A DNA stretch of 64,000 nt from Pavona decussata (GCA_977016875.1 CDRNST010000030.1:310001-374000), one strand, 5' to 3'. Positions 26,363 to 38,943 are shown, numbered from the stretch's first letter. The notes: generated from the letters alone by a model not told the origin. Numbers and translations: made by a program.

Positions 26363-26802
26363 AGCCCAGTTTACATGACAAGGTTTTTGGGCCCGGCACT
26401 CCTAAATTTGGCCCGCCACTGTCCCATTTACACTACAAAATTTGAAATGATTACTGATAATTCAACGATAATTTATTAAGGGCGACCTTGCCTCCACAGA
26501 ACAGGTTTTGCCAGGTTTTATTCCTGACACAGAGGCGTCTAACCTTTCAGACGACGCCCTTTTGTTTGTTGAAGAACATGTGCACATGTGCGACTGAATT
26601 TGGGCACGCTGGCCCATTTTTTGGCAGGCCGAGGCTACCTTGCAAGGCGGTCTCCGCCCACCTAAGTTTTGGGCACACAGGCTGATGAACTTTACTTTTA
26701 CATTTACATGGCAAAATCAGGAGTGCAGTACCATAAATTAGTGCCCCGCATGCCAAAATTTAGGAGTACCGGGCCCAAAAACTTTGTAGTGTAAAACAGG
26801 CT
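26363..26802. mobile_element. Harbinger-like MITE nested in the CACTA element
   Basis: TTT|AGCCCAGTTTACATGACAAGGTTTTTGGGCCCGGCACTCCTAAA ... TTTAGGAGTACCGGGCCCAAAAACTTTGTAGTGTAAAACAGGCT|TTT; 3-bp TSD. Confidence 0.8.
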
Positions 26803-27152
26803 TTTGTCTAGTCTGTTTGCCTCAGGGTCCAGTGGCCAAAAATAAACTGCTAGACACTCTTTGCCTAGCTACACATGATCGCAAGTTCATGCTTGATTAA
26901 TTTTTGTTTCTGTACCCTGCTGGTAAAGACACTTGATAATAGTGTTCCTTAATTGAAGATAACCAATTACTTGACATGAGAAGAAGAAAGAAAAAAGTCC
27001 TTGAATGAGTTGCAATCACAAAAACTATACCCAGAGCCAAAAAAATATATGGATAAGACGGGCATCCACCCCAAGACCAAAAGATGTAACATAGGAAACC
27101 CTTAGGAGCATCTGGTAAAATGCAGCTACTGTCAAAATATAATTGTAAACTA

Positions 27153-28010
27153 CAGTCGAACCTGTATATAACGCGGGCCTTGTATTAAGCGGCCACCCTC
27201 TATTAAGCGGCCAGTTTTCAAAGTCCCTTTTTTTCGCTCATACAAACGCTGCATTTGTTACCTGCATTAGGCGCCCACCTCTATTAAGCGGCCGCAGCCA
27301 CCCTGTAGCAGTCCTATATTTGTCTTTCTTTGCTATTTTAATCTGTATTAAGCGGCCACCCTTGAATGGAAACTAAGCCATACGTTATTTTATCCGGATT
27401 TTTTTGTTGTGTTTAAAATGTGATCCAGCATCACTATAAAGAAATAACATGTACAAAGCTACTGTAAGCTGATACTCGGCCGTTTAATATAGTTAACGCT
27501 TTTCAGATGTCCGCAATGTGCTGAAGTACAGTACCATATCACGAACGCTAAAAAAAAGTTTGTTTTGAATATGCTTCACTCTCTAGCAAGAAATTCCTCT
27601 TGAATTAGCTTGTTCTTCAGCCATGTGACATTGAACATTGAGCGTAACAACTATGAAATGACGGAATGAGATTTTTTGCTATGAACTGTAAGTCATAGAA
27701 ATAGAGCACTGTATACCGTAGAAGGGTAGAGGACAATTTATATTTATTGCATAGTACTTTTACACAATGTCACGTATATTATACCATTGAGTTACAAGTT
27801 GGCACTGAACTTTAAAGTATTGATCGCTTGAAAGAGTATTGACTGTCCTATTGTTTCCTTGCATGAAATGTTTTTGTATGATACGCCATTAAAATTGACA
27901 TTAGACGACGCCCAGTGAGTATTTTTAGTGATCCTGTATTAAGCGGCCACCTGTATTAAGCGGCCAGTTCCTCAAGTCCCGAGGGTGGCCGTTATATACA
28001 GGTTCGACTG
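27153..28010. mobile_element. pogo/Tigger-like MITE nested in the CACTA element
   Basis: TA|CAGTCGAACCTGTATATAACG ... CGTTATATACAGGTTCGACTG|TA; repeated TATTAAGCGGCCA motifs. Confidence 0.88.
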
Positions 28011-28190
28011 TACTCCTCAATCATACACAAACATAACAAAATTACTTGATGGCATGTGTTATAGCATAATAAAATAACTATGATTAATACAAATACTAAC
28101 CTCAATTCTAGAGTCTAACTTCTTCCTGAGAACAGGGTTGATAGAACACTTCAGCATGAAGCTAAGTTTGCTCACAAATGACATTTGTAT

Positions 28191-29107
28191 CTCGACCACA
28201 ATACCACATGCAAAGGCAAAAAAGAAATAGATAATTATTTAAGGCATTGCATCTACTGTAAAGTGATCAAACATCGTATAACAGTTTATCAGCAAAAAGC
28301 TTTGCACCCAACTGGCATATACACTGTACCTTGATCAAAGTACCACAGAGCAAGGAAAATAAGGAATTAATAGTTTGAAACAATGAATCTACATGTATAG
28401 TATTTTGATCAATCAATGCCTAATAGTAAGGATTCCTCAGCTAAAAGCTTCGCACATAACTGGCATATACCTTGATCATAGTACCACGGAGCAAGAAAAA
28501 TTAGAAATTAATAGTTTGAAACAATGCATCTATAGTAATTTGATCAATCAATGCCTAACAATTAGGATTCCTCAGCAAAAAGCTTCGCACCGAACTGGCA
28601 TATACCTTGATCATAATACAACAGAGCAAGGAAAATTAGAAATTAATAGTTTAAAACACTGCATCTATAGTAATTAGATCAATCAATGCATAACAGTTAG
28701 GATTCCTCAGCTAAAAGCTTCGCACCTAACTGGCATATACCTTGATCATAGCACCACAGAGCAAGGAAAATTAGAAATTAATAGTTTGAAACAATGCATC
28801 TATAGTAATAAGATCAATCAATGCATAACAGTTAGGATTCCTCAGCTAAAAGCTTCGCACCTAACTGGCATATACCTTTATCATAGCACCACAGAGCAAG
28901 GAAAATTAGAAATTAATAGTTTGAAACAATGCATCTATAGTAATAAGATCAATCAATGCCTAACAGTTAGGATTCCTCAGCTAAAAGCTTCGCACCTAAC
29001 TGGCATACACCTTGATCACAGTACCACATAAAAAACATGTACAGCTGTAGCAAGGAAAGTTATAAATTGACAGTTTAAAACAATGCATCTAAAGCAATTT
29101 GATCAAT
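28191..29107. repeat. 135-bp minisatellite, about 6.5 copies
   Basis: CTTGATCATA-type unit starts at 28471, 28606, 28741, 28876 and 29011 (period 135), with degenerate copies at 28191 and 28330. Confidence 0.95.
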
Positions 29108-29559
29108 TGTTTAAAACCTGTTTTTAAAAACATTTCAACCGACTTATCATAATAAATAAACTTGCATTGCTATGAGGAATAAATAACAATGATAAAGTTA
29201 AGCTGCAGCTGTTATATTTTATTCTAAGGCCCTGTTTATACGTCGCATTAGAGACGAATTTAATTTACACGAATTTAATTCCAGCAATTTTCTTCGACGG
29301 TAAAGCGACGTATAAAACGAACTGAATTTCTCCTGTTAAATTATATTCGTCCAGACGTTTTATCCGTGTGCCCCAGACGGATAAAACGTCTGAAATGCGT
29401 GTCACTTTTATACGTCGCGTTTCAGTTGCATCAAAGTAAATGCATACATTATTTTTCGACTACATAAATTATTCCTCCGGTTAATTTTGAGCCCACGCTC
29501 ACAGTTTTCACGTGCATAGCATGCGTACGGGGAGAAGAGGTCCCGCGAAAATAGAAAAC

Positions 29560-30774
29560 ATGGCGACTGCTGCAGCCCTTTTCCGAAAAACGTTGAATCA
29601 GACTTGTTGGTCATGCGATGCTAAAACGAAATACAGTTGCATTTCATGTGACAAACCTGTATGTGTTCGTTTCGAATGTTCTGTGGCTGAACTGGATGAA
29701 GAGGCGGAGGGATGGGAACCGGGAAAGCGAGTTGGGTAATGTCTTCCTTGTGCAAGAATTTATACACGAACATCCACTCCTCGTAGCCCAGAAGCATATA
29801 TCTCGGCAAATTTCGTAGATGAAACATCTTCGCTATCGAAACAGAATGATCAAGATTCATATTTAAGCAGTGACAGCGAGGAAAAGGAGCCACAAGTCCC
29901 CAACAAAAAACGCAGAAAGCAGCCTGAAGATGGTGATAGCGAGAGCCCCGAGGAAACCGCGGTAAAAGTGAAGAAGCGTGGTAGAAAAGCAACGTGGTTG
30001 GAGACCCAGGTGACTGACATGGTAAACATAATTGTCAATGACGAGAACATTCTTCGGAAGCTGGTTTTCACGAACACCAAGAAAGCATACAACACTGAGG
30101 CTTATCAGTCTGTGTTAAATAAACTGAACGAACAATGTGAAGATTCATTCCCATTCACAGTAGAGCAGATGAGAACCAAGTTTAAATGGTGTGTAGCCAC
30201 ATGCAAGAAGATCTGTCTTACTGTAAAGACAGCAAGTGGAGTGAAGAGGCTGACTGACGAGAAAGGATATGGAAAGTGGTTCGACCTACTCTACCCTATA
30301 GTAAAGTCACGTGATTCATGTCAGCCTGAGCAAGCGCGTGAACCTTCAGCCAATGAGAGTAGTGCCAAAGAAATCATTGAGCATGAGAGCAGTGATTGCA
30401 GTACTGTCGAAGGTAGTACAAAGGAGCCCCCTGAGAAGAGCATGTTTGTACCAGTTAAGAAGAAGGGTAGAAAACATAAATCAGACCAAATTACATCAGC
30501 TGTAGATTTAATAAGATCTGTAATTGAGAATGACCCAACAAAACAGCTCTTGGAAGGCATTCACGAGGAGATGAAACTAGCTAGAGAACAAGAGAAAAGG
30601 TATTTGGACATACTGTTGGGTTCAGGTCAGCAACCCTTCCAACAGTATCAACATCATGGTGCATATAGCAGCACACCTTTGTTTTCCAACAATGGTGTGC
30701 CTGGAAACCAAACTCAGACAGAAATTATGTACCCCCCTGAGACTGCTGATGGTTTCACTCAATACTTTTATTGA
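29560..30774 (+). pseudogene. Harbinger Myb/SANT-like DNA-binding protein with N-terminal Cys-rich finger; one in-frame TAA at 29737-29739
   Basis: ATG at 29560; the two ORFs are in the same frame across the stop. Myb/SANT-like W.......MV.II...Y..V...L....FTVEQMRTKFKW...K...GYGKWFDLL. Confidence 0.8.
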
Positions 30775-31927
30775 CTCTGGTTTTCTGACATTTGCATGTT
30801 TAAGAATCTGTTGAACAAAACATGCAAGATCCATTTTTGTTGAATTTTCTACTTGGTTTAGACTTATTTTGATAATAAGCTTCTCATCAAAACAGTGGTT
30901 TTGAAAAGAGTAAATACTCCTTAAACAACATTGAAGGTCTTTGTTAATATGTTTCAGTTTGTTTCATTAACAACATCTGTTGCAAAGTTGACATTTTAAG
31001 AACTTAAAATAGTTATAAAGCTACAATAAAGTTTGGCCAACATACCCATGTTTGTTTCCTAAGGCCTTGTCAAACGGTAGACATGTTGTAGGTAAAATCC
31101 GTTCTCAGCTTAAACTGGAGTTTCCTTTGTTTGCTATCCCTAATAATTCATGATCATGAGTAATTAGGGTTAGGAGACAACGGTAATTCTGACTCAACCT
31201 AGGTTACAAACGGGTTTACATATAAGAACAGGTGTAACCTACAACAAACACACCATACCAATTGTCATGATTTTATTGTCATTGCTTTTGGACTTTTTTT
31301 TTTCTTGTGAAACCACACAACATTTATTCATCAAAGTATGGTCACCTAACTCAGAAGTCCTGTGGTACAATTCCTCATAGAGGTTGTTAATAATATATAC
31401 TTCAGGGTAATATGCTTAAAATGTTTGTATATTATTTCACCCTAAATTGAAAACTCAACTTTCAAAAATATCATAATTTTTTTTGCCCTTCCAAAATATT
31501 GCATGAGCATTGTTTTCAATTTCTCATGGGACTTTAAACTCTCGCCAGATACTGTAATTTATATTAAAAACATTGCTTATGCAAAGTTATGGAGGGAAAA
31601 AAGAGTATTACGGTACTTTTTGAAAATGCCCTATACTCAAATGGCTTAATTCAGTGGTCCAACAAGTGTAACAGCATATTGACTATCATGATGTGTTGCA
31701 TACCTTTTAGTGGGAGTCCCACCCCCTCATTTAAGAATGCTCCCTTTATTTAATAACTATATCAAGCAAACTCCCTTGCCAATAGAAAATCCCTACTTGG
31801 CAAACATCAAAAATTTAAAAGTAAATCAAAAACAATTTCCAGGTTGAACACCTGATTAGTTATATGCTGTTACATTTTAGCTCTTTTTGAAGATCTAGCA
31901 AAAACAGAAAAAGTTAGGGCTGACAGA

Positions 31928-33221
31928 TTACTGCCCTTCTTTCTCTTCCCAAAATTTGTCGAGAAGCGCTTTTCTTATCTCTTCTGCATGATGTGATTTA
32001 TCCTTCTCCATGGTGCAGTTTCTCATCATCAGCAGTTCTCTGACCTCCTTCCTGCTTCTTCTTCCATGTTGTGCTGGATCCTCTGTTAAGTCTAACTGTG
32101 ATGGTAGTGAATCACCCATGTCTACACAGATATTGTGAAGAACAACACATGCTAATGCAATGCATTTAACGGTATCAGGTTGACAAGATGATTTACGGTA
32201 TAGAACTCTCCATCGACTCTTCAGCTGGCCAAAAGCCCTTTCTGATACCATCCTTGCCCTGCTGAGGCGGTAGTTGAAATAGTGCTGTTCAGCACTCAGA
32301 ACAGCATTGGAGTAAGGTTTCATCAACCAAATACGAAAAGGGAAAGCTGAATCCCCTAGAATCATGGGATAAATGTCTGTTCCTTGAATGTTTTGTGATA
32401 TTTCAGGGATCACTTTCTTTTCCGTGATATCACTCCATAGCTGTGTAGACTGAAAAATAATTGAGTCATGTGAGTTACCTGGGAAACCCACGCTGACCCA
32501 CAGGAATCTTGCCGCAGCGTCGACAATGGCCATCATAACAATAGAGAAAAAGTTTTTAAAGTTATGGTACTCTTTACAAGCTTCCTCTCCACCAGGAGGG
32601 CACTGAATTGGGATGTGGCAACCGTCGATTGCTCCCCAACACCAAGGAAATTGCCAAAGCTGGTTTATGTCTACCTAGCTTCTGTAAAATCCTGCTCAGA
32701 AGTTGGGAATGATTTGTCACTGCCTTCCTCCATAAGTTTTTTACGATTGCCTCGCAGACTTCCTTAACAATGACATGGATGGTTGCTAGCCCAACGCCAA
32801 ACAATTCTGCTATTGTGTACAGGTAATCACCCCTCCCAAGCCGATAAAGACATATTGCTAATCTGCACTCCGGGGAAATTGGCATTTCAGTCAGCTGATC
32901 CTTTGTGATATCCTGCCTGATATTCTCTAGTATATAGCAAAACGTTTGGCGTGTCACACGAAAGGTTTTCTTGAATCTTGAATTGTCATAAGTTGACCAC
33001 ACCATCTCCCACCATCCAGCATTTCTCTCACACCTTCGGACACTACGAAAACGTTCCTCTTCTTCTCCCACTTGCTGCAGTAATAAACATAATAAAGCTA
33101 GCAGTCGAAGCCTGAATTTTCGTCTTACGGCTACAAGCGTTGCCATCTGAAAAGACAAATTCCTACGCCTTCGCCTCGCCAGAGCAATCTTTAGCATTAC
33201 TGCCTCTCTGAACGCCGCCAT
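31928..33221 (-). pseudogene. Harbinger (HARBI1-like DDE) transposase with two -1 frameshifts
   Basis: FRVTRQTF, LAICLYRL, GAIDGCH, NFKNFFSI, GNSHDS, GDSAFP, FNYRLSRARMVSERAFGQLKSRW, CVVLHN. Restoring one T near 32708 and one near 32676 gives a continuous 431-aa ORF. Confidence 0.92.
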
Positions 33222-35805
33222 GTTGTTTTTGGAAGTTCTCCGCTGTCAAAAGTCAATGCAGTCACAAAACGACATCGAAATTATATTCGACGTCTAAAAT
33301 GAACCGACATTTAATTCGTCTCCCAGACGAAAAAAATTCATCAATTAAATACGTGTCATTAAATGCGACGTATAAACAGGGCCTAAGGAGAATCTGATGC
33401 AAAATAATGGCAATTCAACTTTTTCTGGTAGCTTAATTACCAAAAATCCCGCGGCATAAGAACTATCAGCACCGCTATCAGATACTACACTCTCCGCAAT
33501 AAATTTAGGGGATAAGTTACGAGCAGAATTCAAACCTACAAAAATTATGGAAAGACTCACCTGAAAGTAAGCTTAAAATATTGTGCAAGCATCACGCTCT
33601 GTTGCAAATGTGTTTGTGGTAATATACGATCCGACAGTAAAGAGAAAATCATAAATCGCAAATTATTAACACAAGGGAATCGGCTGTCCATAATTTGACT
33701 TTCCATTGCAGTCAAATCGCCAAGACTAGTGGAAATCAAACTAAAAACTTTAGTTGACGAAATTTTCCGTTGAAACCCTCCCGCCTGAACGATTTGTCAT
33801 GCGCGTTTGGGAGTGCACTCTCGAAGATTTCTGGGAGTGACGTATGCTCGTATCCAGGCTCCTTCCACTGGCGGAAATTGCCCTGTTTCCTAATCCTGAC
33901 AGACTGCAACAACATATGGTCCTATATCATGGCCGCCAAGTGAATAATCTAAAAACAAACAAACAAAAAGAAAAGTAAGAAGATTATTTTTATCGGGCTT
34001 CAACTCCAGCTCAGTTCCAAATATTAAAGCAAGCTCGAACGCAAGTACTACTTACTTTATATTCTTGCGATGGTTGCCGGTGAAGACGTTCCTGGCTTCC
34101 AAGCCATGTCTTAATTTCCTCTTCAGTGAACGTTTTGGCGAAGTTTTCCATCGTAAAGCGGTCAGAAAATAATCACAGTGACTGAAATGGACTACTGCAA
34201 GCTTCCAGTATAAGCTCGGTTCGGCGAATGAAAAGGACTCAATAGTAAGCAAATGCAGCCTTTTTGCCACAACTGGACAAAACGCGGGATTTTATTGGAC
34301 AACGGTAATCATGCACCAGAAGGTAGAAATTATAAAGTAAATTTTCCCACAAAATTCTCCTTGTCACCATTTTGCTTTACGTTAAAATTCAGTATATCGA
34401 CCCTAATTTGGACCCATCTTGGCGTTATTGGAAATGGCTATACCATTTGGAGTCAAAATGGCTCAAGTGATTGGGCCATTTCGCACTGTAACAAATTGGC
34501 TCTGTTTTCGATGTCTAAACGCCTCCATTAATAGGAGCCGAGACGGCCCTACATTGGAGCTAACTAGACTTCAATGGAAATGGTTCGACTAATTTGAGGC
34601 AAAATAGCTCTAGTGATAAGGGCCGATACGCACCTAGGGGCCGAATTATTTTCCACTGTGGGCCAAATCGGTTTTTGGTGGGGCTAAAACGGTTTTTATT
34701 GGGGTCGAAATGGACCCACTTGACAAAATGGACCCACGAAGAGTCAAATCAGCTCCAGGGGCCATAGAGCTGAAACGGCACTTTGGGGCTGAAACAGATC
34801 TTTTGAATTTACAGTGCGGATATTTGCCGTTATACCATATCATGCTAAGGCTGAGAAATAGTGGCCGTTAAATCATCTTCTACCGGTATTTCTTACAAAA
34901 TGAAATCAGCGAGATCTAGCAATCTCACTTGTCGTTTTTAGTAAAACAATTGACTCCACTCGCGCATGTTGGATATGGGAACAATACCAACTAACGCGCG
35001 CTAGTGGAATAATTTTTAATTCTATGGTATTGTCTGACGGTATAACAAACAGCATCTCCTGAAAGAGTTTTGTTTAGAACGGTCACAGCTTCAAGCCCAA
35101 ACTCAAAACCTATTACTACATGACACAAATGGAAGTTTGAATCTACAAGGGTTTGAGAATTGGTCAGAATTTATTTACCGTAAAGAAGTTGCTTCAGCGA
35201 CAAATAAAAAGGGAAGTGTACAAAGCAGGCATAGCAATTACATGTAGCCCGCAGATTAAAAAAGGGAGGAGTCATAAAAAGGAATCAATTATTTGAGATG
35301 TGTTGCTAATTAAAGATTGTTTACTCAGTGGTAAATGAAAAAGAAGAAACACCGGTCATGTCTACTAATAGGCGCGAGGTTAAATTTTTGCAAGGAAATG
35401 TAATATTTCCGTACGTATAATCAGTCAGTTTCAAATTTAAATTTCAGCCATGCAATTGCACCTGGCCAAATTCAGAATAAAATAATTTTGATACTTCAGA
35501 AAAAAATTAGATGTCGTATAATCAAGAAAGTCGCCTATTTCTAATTATATTAAGGTACCAACACATTCTCCAAATTCGCCAAAATTTAGTGTCGCGAAAT
35601 ATGACCCTTCGAAATCGCGAGAATAAAGTTGTCACAAAACTTTCCTGTAATAATGCACGACACCTTCGAAAACATACTTGATAATTATTTCAAAATAAAA
35701 ACATTTATCCATACACTCTTCATAATAATATTAAGAAATCAACCTTTTCCCAAGATTGTTTTTTCACCACTTTTCAGAAAGTTAATGACCCTTCACAAGG
35801 TACAT

Positions 35806-35874
35806 TAGCCTCCCATGCAGTCGTTTTTAGGGGACTCGAATTACCTCCCCTAAAAACGACTGCGTGGGAGGCTA
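35806..35874. mobile_element. 69-bp hairpin mini-element with a 9-bp TSD (AcademH-like)
   Basis: AAGGTACAT|TAGCCTCCCATGCAGTCGTTTTTAGGGGA...TCCCCTAAAAACGACTGCGTGGGAGGCTA|AAGGTACAT. Confidence 0.85.
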
Positions 35875-36125
35875 AAGGTACATTGGCAGGTTGATTTTGA
35901 GTATTTTTCGTCAGCATTTTCAGTTTATTTAACATTCCTAATTTGATGTCTAAAATGTGACTGGTTCCATAAGGTCAACTAAGGCCCCGTCCACACATGC
36001 GTTTTCGTTTGAAAATCCATTCATTTCGATGCGCTTTGGCCTCGCATCCTCACTAGAAAACGATGGAAAACGCTGAGCGAAAATGCATGCTCCAGAGTGG
36101 AGGTGTTTGTCAAAGGAGCGCTAAT

Positions 36126-36465
36126 AAGAGACCTTTAGCAGAGACGACGACGACGCCAACGAAAACGGGACTTAAAGTTGACGTTCGCGTTTTCTTAATA
36201 AATTTGCGATGATTTCTACTCATTTAGTTTGTGTAATGGGGCCGAACTATCCAGGAGCTGGCGTCGTAGGGGCGCCTTGAAAGTTCAGAACGAGAAAGGA
36301 AAATTGGTGCGTTCAGCTTCTCCATAAAACCTTGAATTTGGTCATCTCACGTTTTCGTTTTGCAGAGGACGACCACGAAATGTACGTGTGTTTATAACAC
36401 ACGTGCAGAGCTAGCGGTTTGCTAATAAAATCGATTGTTTTCTGGCGTTCTCGTTGACGGTCCCT
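36126..36465. mobile_element. Common coral-type MITE (GACGACGACG termini), nested
   Basis: AGAGACCTTTAGCAGAGACGACGACGACGCCAACGAAAACG ... CGTTCTCGTTGACG-GTCCCT; degenerate TIR. Confidence 0.55.
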
Positions 36466-36809
36466 GATCAGTTTGGACAGTGCAGAAATCGGAGGCTGAC
36501 GCAGGAAATGCTACAAACATCGTACGCGCGTGTATTTTTCGTATGCGCAGATGTGGCACATAAGCGTTTGGGAATAGGTCCGATTACCAGCCGCTGATAG
36601 AGAACTGAGTCCTCGCTTACCCCCCGAAGAGACTCTTCCCGTGGAGGAAAACCCGGCCGACTCGAGGGTGCGGCGGAAATATTAATCGAGCCTAATAAGT
36701 GTATTCATACAGTGTGGACGGGGAAAACGCTGTGAAAACGATAGTGTGGATGAGATCATTTTGATGCGTTTTCCGCAAAACGAACACAAGGCGTTTGAAA
36801 ACGCATTAA

Positions 36810-37573
36810 GGTGGCCGAACACAGTTTGCGCGCGCTTTACAGATTCTGTTAGTGATGTTATTAAGCGCGCTTGAGGGTTGTGGTACGCAAATATGGCGGT
36901 CAATGAAGTGATCTCTCAATTTCACATGAAATGAATAATAAAGATAAGTTTTGATCCTAAATAACTAAGTTTCTCCTTTCTGGCCTCTTTTTCTTTTCCT
37001 TCCGAGTAAAAAAGTCATTCAACAAGACCTTTTGCATGCTTTGCCATGAAGCCCAATTAAAGCCACGCATGCGCATTTGACCAAAAAATTGTGACTGGTT
37101 GTTTTCGTGGAAAAGAACTGTTTTCTAAGGAACCGCTCATTAAAATTTCGTGACATTTGGCATGAAAATAGTTTCCTAAAAGCGTAACTTGTTTACAAAG
37201 AGAAACCTGAATCTAACAGAGGGTATCTTCACAAAACATGAAAATGCAAAATCAATATTTACAGGAGATCTCTCTGTTAAAATTACATGAAAGTAGTGCA
37301 ACTGTGTCAGTGTTTTGTGAGTTTTTCTGGATTCAAAAAAATTGAAAAAAATGTAATGAGTACGTTTTCTAAAAATAAAGGAAACCTAGTATTTATGGAC
37401 ATCTTATAGTTCGCTGCGTTGCCATGGAAACGGTTCTTAGCTCAACAAGACGTACAAAAATACATTCCTTCTTAGTTAGTCTTATACCCTACCAATTTTG
37501 GGCATCCAGAAGTACATAGTTTCCAAATAACGTCTTCTAACCCCTGTACACTAAAAAGCTGTATTCGGCCACC
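36810..37573. mobile_element. Kolobok-like non-autonomous element (764 bp)
   Basis: TTAA|GGTGGCCGAACACAGTTT ... AAAGCTGTATTCGGCCACC|TTAA; GG/CC termini with a TTAA TSD. Confidence 0.82.
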
Positions 37574-38369
37574 TTAATGTAGACGGAACCTAAAATAGAG
37601 GAATAAATGAAACGCCTTTACTTCTGAGCATTTTGATTTGGGAGGAAAAGTAAATTGTCTAAGCATTATTTTACATCAGCGTAGATAACGCAAGTGGGTT
37701 CATTGGAATTTCGAGTATAACAGAATTCGTCTTACGACCTCAATAATGTTAAATTTCGGCGACTATTTTAACCAGTATCCCTGACAAAATAACTTTTTTT
37801 GAAAGAAATTTTTCGTTTTGGAACACGTGATCAGATGAAGCCTTGGTTTTGATAACAAGCGGCAACTTATTATCAAAACCACATTTTTTGTTTGTACAAG
37901 TCTGTGTGAAATCATAGAAATTCGATTGCACTTATGAGAGTTCACTTTTATGAGAGTTTTTCTAACCTATAATTCAAGTAAGTGGATTTGTCACAAAACG
38001 TTATTTGGAATTTCAGCAATTGTTTAGTTTTTTTTTCTGCAAAGATTATTGAATTCATTTGCATCTTCGTTTCAGAACGAGGATTTGTTGTTGATTACAC
38101 GGAGTGACTTTTTCCAGAGAGGTTATATGAAGATATAACAATGAGAGTTACTGGTTGTGTATTCCTATGAGAATTTTTGATATGCTGTAGTAAGTTGATC
38201 CGTGGATGGAATCCTATGCCGGTTTCAGACAATATTTTCGAATGAATGTCACTTATCAGTAATTTTATGTCTTGCTATTTTTTGATCATGTATAAAAAAT
38301 CCCAAATGGTGGCCATTCAAATGTACATGTTCAACTTTACGTTTCTATAAGGAGTTTCCGTCAGTTCGA

Positions 38370-38499
38370 NNNNNNNNNNNNNNNNNNNNNNNNNNNNNNN
38401 NNNNNNNNNNNNNNNNNNNNNNNNNNNNNNNNNNNNNNNNNNNNNNNNNNNNNNNNNNNNNNNNNNNNNNNNNNNNNNNNNNNNNNNNNNNNNNNNNNN
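38370..38499. other. Assembly gap (N run)
   Basis: 130 Ns. Confidence 1.
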
Positions 38500-38943
38500 A
38501 TTATTTTCCTGTTTGGGTGGTTCTAGGACATAGTTCTTGACTGTTCACATTCTGATTTAAAAGAGACAAGACGTTAATTCGATGCAAGTTTGTTTTATAT
38601 TGGGGTATTTATTTCGCTTAAACTGAAACCTCACTTACTTTGTGTATTTATAAAACGTTTTTAACAAATCTTAACGTCACCTTTTTAACAATATATCAGC
38701 GTATTTTTTTACTTTATTATTATGTGTAAACAAACTCGCCTCTCTCTATAGCCTACCTTATTAAAATTTACTTTACCGGTTTAATAGGTTTGTTTACAAC
38801 ATTGTTTAAAATTCTGTTTCGATAATGTCAAAAAAGCTTGATCTAGTAAGAAGAGTGTTGTTCATCCTTAAATTTTTCTCACTGTCAAAATTCAATACAA
38901 GTTATAAGGCGTTTCCTTCAGCTAGGCAGCAATTTTATAAAAG

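Larger units (their letters stand above)
29228..33383. mobile_element. Full-length PIF/Harbinger transposon (4,156 bp) nested in the CACTA element
   Basis: TAA|GGCCCTGTTTATACGTCGCATT ... AATGCGACGTATAAACAGGGCC|TAA; TAA TSD; convergent transposase and Myb/SANT genes. Confidence 0.95.
24626..34816. mobile_element. CACTA/EnSpm element (10,191 bp, apparently non-autonomous) with nested insertions
   Basis: CG|CACTGTAAAACGAAAAGATCTGTTTTAGCTCCAAA ... TTTGGGGCTGAAACAGATCTTTTGAATTTACAGTG|CG; about 35-bp TIR; 2-bp CG TSD; several hundred bp of TTTAGCCC/GGGCTAAA subterminal repeats at both ends. Confidence 0.88.
35983..37590. mobile_element. Harbinger-like MITE interrupted by two younger insertions
   Basis: TAA|GGCCCCGTCCACACATGCGTTTTC ... 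GAAAACGCATTAA[insert]TGTAGACGGAACC|TAA. Confidence 0.7.

Noticed and set aside
28393-29031. Repetitive ORFs or a CRISPR-like array
   Set aside because: Head-to-tail 135-bp units with no unique spacers and with internal stops; this is a minisatellite.
33557-33739. Possible first exon of a CACTA gene (ends in CAG|GTGAGT)
   Set aside because: The donor is good but the peptide is unrecognisable and cannot be linked to downstream exons.
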